The notes beneath the pieces were generated by a model. It worked only from the letters and a program-made list of their open reading frames with translations. It was not told the origin of the DNA and did no database searches. A DNA stretch of 24,000 nucleotides from Pseudoduganella rivuli (GTDB lineage Bacteria; Pseudomonadota; Gammaproteobacteria; Burkholderiales; Burkholderiaceae_D): positions 215,076 to 239,075 of the forward strand of contig NZ_WKJJ01000004.1 of assembly GCF_009674485.1 (NCBI RefSeq). Reading direction: 5' to 3'. Made by a program: the position numbers and the translations under genes. Positions 19,120 through 24,000 of the stretch are shown here, piece by piece; position 1 is the first letter of the stretch; the number at the start of each line of letters is the position of its first letter.

Positions 19120-19887
19120 CTATTGGGACCGTTTGAGTAAAGGCGCGAGCCAGCCAGGAGCATTTAAGCAAGCGGTGCGGCGAAGGCGTAAAGCGGCAGT
19201 GCGACCCCCCCTCAGTTTCCAGCCGGGTGTCGTCGGCGGATCCATACGCTCGCAGTACATGAGCAATGCCACCAGGGCCATGCCTTCAATATGCCACTGT
19301 GAGAGCGAATCGGCAAACAGCATCAGCGCCCAGCAAGAACCCATGCACCAGAATCCATGGTCCAAGCCGAAGCGAAGCGCGTCCATGTCGGCCGCCAGCC
19401 CAAATGCGGATAGCGGACGGTGAAAATGGCATTGATTCAGGCATCGCTGTTTCAGGGGGGAGACCTGCCAAAGACCGGCCGTCAGCGCCGTTACGCCAAC
19501 GAGGAAAGACTCATCCTGGACACCCCGGCTGATCACCAGTTCAAGCAGCTTCGTGGCCCAGCCTGCGACCAGCCAAATCGCAATGTACCCCACCCAGAAA
19601 AGCGCATTGCTGCGCCGTCGCCGGTCGCTAAACGAACTGATCCGAATGTGCAATAACGGCTGGATGTTCAGGGGCGTCATCATTGCGGCAACCATCAACA
19701 GCCATCCGGCGCTTGCCGACAGCATCCAGTCAGCCGTTGATCCAGGAATCCAGCCTGAGCCACAAATGGATGTTATCTGCACAGGCCCTGACCAAAGAGC
19801 CTGTGCAATGATGGGAGCCCACGCGGCACAGCTGATGAAAAAAAGGCAGCGCTGGATACGGTGGGCTTCGCTTCTGCTATAGAACAT
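19120..19887 (-). CDS. polytopic membrane protein resembling DUF2182/COG5486 (predicted metal-binding integral membrane protein; PpoB2-like candidate copper chaperone for tyrosinase)
   Basis: Several hydrophobic segments with Met/Cys/His clusters: LLMVAAMMTP, CLNQCHFHRP, GFWCMGSCWALM, WHIEGM. Starts 12 nt after the tyrosinase stop. Family assignment is by recollection of the motif pattern and is not searched. Confidence 0.65.
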   Translation of the reverse strand: MFYSRSEAHRIQRCLFFISCAAWAPIIAQALWSGPVQITSICGSGWIPGSTADWMLSASAGWLLMVAAMMTPLNIQPLLHIRISSFSDRRRRSNALFWVGYIAIWLVAGWATKLLELVISRGVQDESFLVGVTALTAGLWQVSPLKQRCLNQCHFHRPLSAFGLAADMDALRFGLDHGFWCMGSCWALMLFADSLSQWHIEGMALVALLMYCERMDPPTTPGWKLRGGRTAALRLRRTACLNAPGWLAPLLKRSQ

Positions 19888-19899
19888 CGTCGCGACGGA

Positions 19900-21525
19900 T
19901 CAAATCGGCTGGCGATAAATGCTTACCCGGCCGACTTCGATCGGGCTGGCTTGCGGCGCGCTGCCGGCGCTTTCGACATCGACTTTGATCTGGTTGGCGG
20001 ACAGCTTGTCTTTGACAAACAAGGTATCCACGAAGCGCGAAATATCAAGTATGAATGTCAGGCCTGAACCGCCGTGTGCACCATCCTTGATGCTTGCGCG
20101 CCGCAGCCCGAAAAGGCCGACACTGCCAACGAACTGCTTGCGCTGGGTGGCCTGGTCTGGCTGCGGCGGCAGATCGATGTAGACGCGGAGGACAGCTGCA
20201 TCCTGCGTGCCCCGTACGTTTTCCAGTTTCAGGTACAGCTGGTCGGGAAGCTGGGTGACGGATGCAAATCCCAAGCTCTTCACCACATTCTTTTGAACCG
20301 CCTGGTGCAGCCCCACGTTGACAGAGGTGAAGCCCGCTTTCGAGATCTGAAGTGGACCTGTGTTCGCGCCGAGAAGCTCGGCAGGCTGCGCCGGACTCGC
20401 TTTGTGGGTCAACGGTACAAACTCATTCGCAGCGCCGATAGCCCCCAACTTGACCAGCCGCTGCGCCAAAAGGTTTGCTGCCGGCTTTTGAGGCATTGCA
20501 GCGTCTTGATAGGCATAGTTCAAGGTCGAAAGGCTTTGTACTTCACCTGGCGTATAGACCCATGGCTCGCTGTCAGGCATCGGCATCACAAATTGCTGTG
20601 CCGGCCCGTCGAGCCAGGCGCTCTCGGTAGGGTTGGCATTTCCGGCATCGTTCCAGGAGGCCCACATCCGGTCGATATTGCAATGATGAAGGTAGAAGAC
20701 CGGGTCCAGTGCGGCCGTGCCTGGATCGGCCATGATGCCGTAGTCAGGACTGCTGAGGTTTCCGCCGACGTAGACGTGAACCAGGTCATGCGGATTACTT
20801 TCCATATTCCCGTGCGGGCTGCCGTTGTGGGCGAATCCGGACTCTGGTCCGCCGAATCCTGGTGCCGGCGTGGCTGGATCCGATCCGGTATAGAGATCAT
20901 TGTGCATGCAAATATCGGTCACATCACCATATTGCGGTTTGGGCGCTTGACCGTGTCCTTCTACCCAGGCGGGGGTCGGAATGTAGATATTGCCGTCATC
21001 TTGCGGGCCGAAGCGCATGGTGACAAACAAGGGGTTGGGGGTGCCGTCCGGGAGTTTCTCGGTGGTGAATGCCGGCGGAATTGCCGCATCGGCTCCTTGT
21101 GCGCCACCAAAGTAATTCCAGTACGGAAGCGCCCAGGTATCCGGTCCGCCGAGACTGACGATGTCAGCGCGCAGCTGCGCCTCCAGCGCCAGAAGGTAGC
21201 CGCGATGCCATGGCAGGAAGTACCAGGTGCCGTGTTGGCATTGATTCCAGAATTTGTCTTGTGTCGTCTGGCTTGGAAGCGGCGAGGTCGGCACGGCAGG
21301 CTGGCCGCTCACGTATCCCCAGGCGGGGAATGCGGGTGGATTGGGGTACCAGGCTGTGTCGGGATTCACATATTCGCCATGGATCGCAGCGAAGAACCAC
21401 CAGCTGGCCGGATCATTGAGCTCGCGCTGCATCATCTTGCCAACGCCCTTCGCATACCAGAGAAGGTCGGGATTACTGAGGGTACCGCCTTGGTTCCATG
21501 CATTCTGGCGCGTAAAAGTAGTCAT
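19900..21525 (-). CDS. tyrosinase / polyphenol oxidase (type-3 copper) with a PPO-like C-terminal domain; no signal peptide
   Basis: CuA: H49 (AAIHGEY) and C96-Q-H98-x8-H107 (CQHGTWYFLPWHRGY). CuB: H246-x3-H250 (NPHDLVHVYVGG) and FYLHHCNIDRMW. Y-x-Y motif (YAY, aa 337-339), then a linker and a roughly 145-aa C-terminal domain. Confidence 0.92.
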   Translation of the reverse strand: MTTFTRQNAWNQGGTLSNPDLLWYAKGVGKMMQRELNDPASWWFFAAIHGEYVNPDTAWYPNPPAFPAWGYVSGQPAVPTSPLPSQTTQDKFWNQCQHGTWYFLPWHRGYLLALEAQLRADIVSLGGPDTWALPYWNYFGGAQGADAAIPPAFTTEKLPDGTPNPLFVTMRFGPQDDGNIYIPTPAWVEGHGQAPKPQYGDVTDICMHNDLYTGSDPATPAPGFGGPESGFAHNGSPHGNMESNPHDLVHVYVGGNLSSPDYGIMADPGTAALDPVFYLHHCNIDRMWASWNDAGNANPTESAWLDGPAQQFVMPMPDSEPWVYTPGEVQSLSTLNYAYQDAAMPQKPAANLLAQRLVKLGAIGAANEFVPLTHKASPAQPAELLGANTGPLQISKAGFTSVNVGLHQAVQKNVVKSLGFASVTQLPDQLYLKLENVRGTQDAAVLRVYIDLPPQPDQATQRKQFVGSVGLFGLRRASIKDGAHGGSGLTFILDISRFVDTLFVKDKLSANQIKVDVESAGSAPQASPIEVGRVSIYRQPI

Positions 21526-21581
21526 CTTCGTCTCACTTTCTTGATATTGGTTGCGAATGGGGGCAAGTCAACTGGCTTGCT

Positions 21582-22211
21582 CTACCAGGAGAACATGCAT
21601 TTCTCAGGCTCTACGATGTCGCTTTCAAATGGAGGTTGCGGGTAATACTGAAGGTTGCGTTGCACTTTCCGCGCTGTCTCATCGCCAAATAGCTGACGGA
21701 CCAGGTGCAGCGATTCATCCAGGCAGGACGAAATGCCGCCGCCGGTGAGCCGATTTCGGTCGTGGACGAAGCGCGGGAAGCCGTCTGCGACGTCGATGAG
21801 GGGGAACTGTCGCAAGCAGGGCAGAAATGCCCAGTGCGTGGTCGCCTTGTAGCCGTCCAGCAGGCCCGCCCTGGCTATAAGGAGCGCACCTTCGCATACT
21901 GAACAAACCCAGGTGGCCTGCTCGCCGATACGGCGCAGATAATCAAGAAAGACGCCACCGTCCTGGCGATCCATCAGCATTGCCAACGCCTTGGGATCGC
22001 CGCCAGGCACCCACAGAATGTCCAATTTGTCGACGTCCGATAATCGTTTCGACGCGAGAAATCGGAAACCATCCCGGGTGACGACAGGTTGGTCAATCGA
22101 GGTGGCCAACAGCTGCACTTCCACCTTGTCGCCAAGCCAACTGAAGACCTCGTGGGGGCCGGTGACGTCAAGCAGGTCGACGCCCTGGTAGACTGGAATG
22201 CCGATAATCAT
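21582..22211 (-). CDS. DJ-1/PfpI-family protein (class-I glutamine-amidotransferase-like fold)
   Basis: Has IGIPVYQGVDLLDVTGPHEVF, ILWVPGG, the nucleophile-elbow Cys context VCSVCEGALLIARAGLLDGYKATTHW, and C-terminal LTGGGISSCLD. AAGAGGGG lies upstream of the ATG. Confidence 0.85.
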   Translation of the reverse strand: MIIGIPVYQGVDLLDVTGPHEVFSWLGDKVEVQLLATSIDQPVVTRDGFRFLASKRLSDVDKLDILWVPGGDPKALAMLMDRQDGGVFLDYLRRIGEQATWVCSVCEGALLIARAGLLDGYKATTHWAFLPCLRQFPLIDVADGFPRFVHDRNRLTGGGISSCLDESLHLVRQLFGDETARKVQRNLQYYPQPPFESDIVEPEKCMFSW

Positions 22212-22220
22212 GAGCCCCTC

Positions 22221-22691
22221 TTATTGGCCGCCAGTGTGCGAAGTGTCCGCCAACATGATGAAGCTCGCCGTAACGCCTGCCGGCGCACCGTTGTGCGGAA
22301 CGGCTCTTAGGACGGTCCCGACGAATGCCGGCACTTGATTGACGCTTGTCGGCCATACCGGGCAGAGAAATGCCTGATAGTCGTATTCCCAGCCTTCAGT
22401 TGGCGTACCTGGGCGGCCTTTGCCCACGAACGCCAATTTGGTCGCAGATTCCGTGTCCGTCAGTTGGCCGCGTACGTCAAGAATGTAGTCGCTCGACATC
22501 ACGAATTCGCCGGAGATCGTTTGTTCGTCTTGCGTCAGGGTGAACACGCCTTCGCCGAAGATTAAGGCCAGCGCTTTGGTTGGATCGCCGTCCACAAGCC
22601 CAATATTGTTGCGATAACTTCGATAGACCCAGGTGGAAGATTGAAGGGTTTGGTGCGCATTCAGCGCCTCTGGCGTGACGTTTGAATTCAT
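22221..22691 (-). CDS. hypothetical protein (156 aa), first gene of the tyrosinase operon; no recognisable family
   Basis: ATG is preceded by GAGGT. The stop lies 9 nt before the DJ-1 start. Alternating hydrophobic/polar stretches suggest a beta-rich soluble protein. No signal peptide and no motif I can name. Confidence 0.6.
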   Translation of the reverse strand: MNSNVTPEALNAHQTLQSSTWVYRSYRNNIGLVDGDPTKALALIFGEGVFTLTQDEQTISGEFVMSSDYILDVRGQLTDTESATKLAFVGKGRPGTPTEGWEYDYQAFLCPVWPTSVNQVPAFVGTVLRAVPHNGAPAGVTASFIMLADTSHTGGQ

Positions 22692-22907
22692 GATGACGAC
22701 CTCGCTTCGATAGCAAAAGTTGGGTACGGATACCGGCCGATTTCAGGAAACGTTCGTGTGGATTGCGCTACTCCGTTTGGGGCAGAGATTTCTGAGTCGC
22801 GTAGGAGGAATCTTACTGAGTATAAAAACGGCAATACTATCCAATTGTTGCAATTTGTTTTTTTGCAACAGCTAACAACATGTGGGAGAGGGTACGGAGA
22901 TGCGACG
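22692..22907 (-). promoter_or_regulatory. AT-rich 216-bp intergenic region upstream of the tyrosinase operon (candidate promoter/operator, and terminator of the GT gene)
   Basis: This is the only sizeable non-coding gap on the - strand in this block. A - strand TATACT (-10-like) lies at 22819-22824, with no well-spaced -35 found. The inverted repeat is listed separately. Confidence 0.3.
22846..22870. repeat. 8-bp perfect inverted repeat TGTTGCAA-n9-TTGCAACA
   Basis: The arms are at 22846-22853 and 22863-22870, with a T-rich 9-nt spacer on the + strand (A-rich on the - strand). It lies 38 nt downstream of the GT stop on the - strand. No U-tract follows it on the - strand, so it could be a weak terminator or a protein-binding palindrome. 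Confidence 0.4.
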
Positions 22908-24000
22908 TTACGTTCCGGCTGCGGATGGTCGATATCCCGCCTCGATCACCTGCGCCCCGCACGCCGGGCCATCGAAACGACGTACATCGCGTTGCATGGC
23001 CGCCAGCGCGGCGTGCACGTCCCGGTCGCCCAGCAGGCGGTCGGCATGGGCGCGCAACATCGCCGGCGTGTGGCGCACGCGCGATACGCGCACGCCCACG
23101 CCGAGTTGTTCGAGGCGCTGCGCGACCCAGGTCTGGTCGAACACAAAAGGAAAGGCAATCACCGGTACGCCGTGATACAGGCACTCGGCAGCCGTGTTGT
23201 AGCCGCCATGTGCAAAGACCAGGTCGAACTGCTCGATCAGGTAAAACTGGTTGACGAAGGGCCTGCCGAGGATGGTGGCCACGAGCGGCAAGTCCGCGAG
23301 CGCTTCGCTGAGCAGATCGGGCGGCGCCGAAAACAGGAACAGGCAATCTGCCTCATTGTGGGATAACACGATATGGCGGAATATGCGCAATGCCGCCGCA
23401 CGGTTGTGTTCCATGCCGGCCAACACCGAGCCCAGCGAAACGAAGAACTTCCTGCCCTTGAATCGGGCTATCCGGACCGCCAGGTCCAGGTCGTCGGCGC
23501 TCGGCTCGCGCCGCACGAAGGCCGGGCCGACAAAGGACACCGGCACCGCGCCGGTGGTGCCGATGGCGCTGGCCGCGCGCTGGTCACCCGGCGCCGCCGC
23601 GCAAAAGGTGGGTGTGGCAAAGCAGAGGTAATGCGCTGGCAAGGCCAGTGCGTTTGCGCCGTGTGGCAAGCTGCGCTCCAGACTCGCACACAGTTCGCTG
23701 AACAGCGTATTGAACGCGGTCGCCATGCCTTTGCCGACGCAGGACGGCAGCTCGTCTTTCGGCAGGAACTCCAGCGGCGAGCTGATCGTGTAGGCAAAGC
23801 GGCAGTCCAGTTCACCGGCCAGCAGTGGCGCCAGCGGCAGCAACTGGTCGAACAACAGCAGGTCCGGCGCAAACTCGCGGCAATGCCGCAAGGTGTCGGC
23901 ATGGACCGCCAGGCAGAATTGTTGCAAGGCCTGCAGCGCTTCCGTCACCAGGCCGCCATCGGCCACGTGACCGATCGCCTGCTCGATGTTAAACGAGGGA
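22908..24000 (-). CDS. GT1-family (GT-B fold, UDP-glycosyltransferase/MGT-like) glycosyltransferase, 5'-truncated by the window edge
   Basis: C-terminal nucleotide-sugar motif HGGYNTAAECLYHGVPVIAFPFVFDQTWVAQRLE. The reading frame remains open from the GTG at 23966 to nt 24000, and the length (352 aa + 11 codons) is short for the family, so the true start is probably beyond the window. Confidence 0.85.
   Translation of the reverse strand, partial: PSFNIEQAIGHVADGGLVTEALQALQQFCLAVHADTLRHCREFAPDLLLFDQLLPLAPLLAGELDCRFAYTISSPLEFLPKDELPSCVGKGMATAFNTLFSELCASLERSLPHGANALALPAHYLCFATPTFCAAAPGDQRAASAIGTTGAVPVSFVGPAFVRREPSADDLDLAVRIARFKGRKFFVSLGSVLAGMEHNRAAALRIFRHIVLSHNEADCLFLFSAPPDLLSEALADLPLVATILGRPFVNQFYLIEQFDLVFAHGGYNTAAECLYHGVPVIAFPFVFDQTWVAQRLEQLGVGVRVSRVRHTPAMLRAHADRLLGDRDVHAALAAMQRDVRRFDGPACGAQVIEAGYRPSAAGT

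Noticed and set aside
19097-19882. Several + strand ORFs (108, 88, 78 and 109 aa) opposite the DUF2182-like membrane protein gene.
   Set aside because: The - strand frame gives a coherent polytopic membrane protein tightly coupled to the tyrosinase. The + strand products are short, overlapping and featureless.
21526-21581. A short hairpin, GCAAG-n8-CTTGC, in the 56-nt gap between the DJ-1 and tyrosinase genes.
   Set aside because: It has only a 5-bp perfect stem and no U-tract, so it is too weak to call an attenuator or terminator. It is more likely chance or a minor mRNA structure.
20074-21645. A 523-aa + strand ORF opposite the tyrosinase gene.
   Set aside because: The - strand frame contains all canonical CuA and CuB histidine motifs. 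The + strand product is Arg/Cys/Leu-rich with no motifs and would run through the tyrosinase/DJ-1 intergenic region. I judged it spurious.
22758-23631. Several + strand ORFs (202, 124, 97 and 126 aa) opposite the glycosyltransferase gene.
   Set aside because: They are antisense to a gene with a clear GT1 nucleotide-sugar motif, their products are Arg/Pro/Ala-rich, and none has an RBS or a recognisable domain.
22908-24000. Whether the GT1 glycosyltransferase belongs to the tyrosinase system (for example, glycosylating a catechol product).
   Set aside because: I did not merge it. It is separated from the operon by 216 nt containing a palindrome, and its composition matches the high-GC flank rather than the island. 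A functional link cannot be excluded without transcript data.

Overview
This is high-GC bacterial DNA. Sampled 60-nt lines are about 65-72% GC, and the gene content looks proteobacterial. Almost all of it is coding. I see three blocks.

(1) nt 1-9486, + strand: a translationally coupled eight-gene catabolic operon. In order it encodes a Rieske oxygenase alpha subunit, an NADP-dependent enone-type reductase, an overlapping pair of acyl-CoA dehydrogenases (ACADs), an acyl-CoA synthetase, an APH-type phosphotransferase, a third ACAD and a PDR/VanB-type reductase. A LuxR-family regulator follows at 9540-10313.

(2) nt 10341-18538: a small ABM-type monooxygenase on the - strand, divergent from a second + strand operon. 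That operon encodes a second Rieske oxygenase, an SDR, a ThuA-like protein, a second SDR, a GST, a methyl-accepting chemotaxis protein, a 3-hydroxyacyl-CoA dehydrogenase, an enoyl-CoA hydratase and a possible small membrane ORF.

(3) nt 18568-22691, - strand: a compositionally distinct, lower-GC five-gene operon built around a PPO-type tyrosinase. In transcription order it encodes an orphan 156-aa protein, a DJ-1/PfpI protein, a tyrosinase with its own C-terminal domain, a DUF2182/COG5486-like membrane protein that resembles the Marinomonas PpoB2 copper chaperone, and a free-standing paralog of the tyrosinase C-terminal domain. This is my best candidate for an undescribed system.

A 5'-truncated GT1 glycosyltransferase on the - strand runs off the right edge. 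I found no rRNA, tRNA, CRISPR array, transposase or integrase by eye. All functional calls come from motif recognition in the supplied translations; no database search was run.
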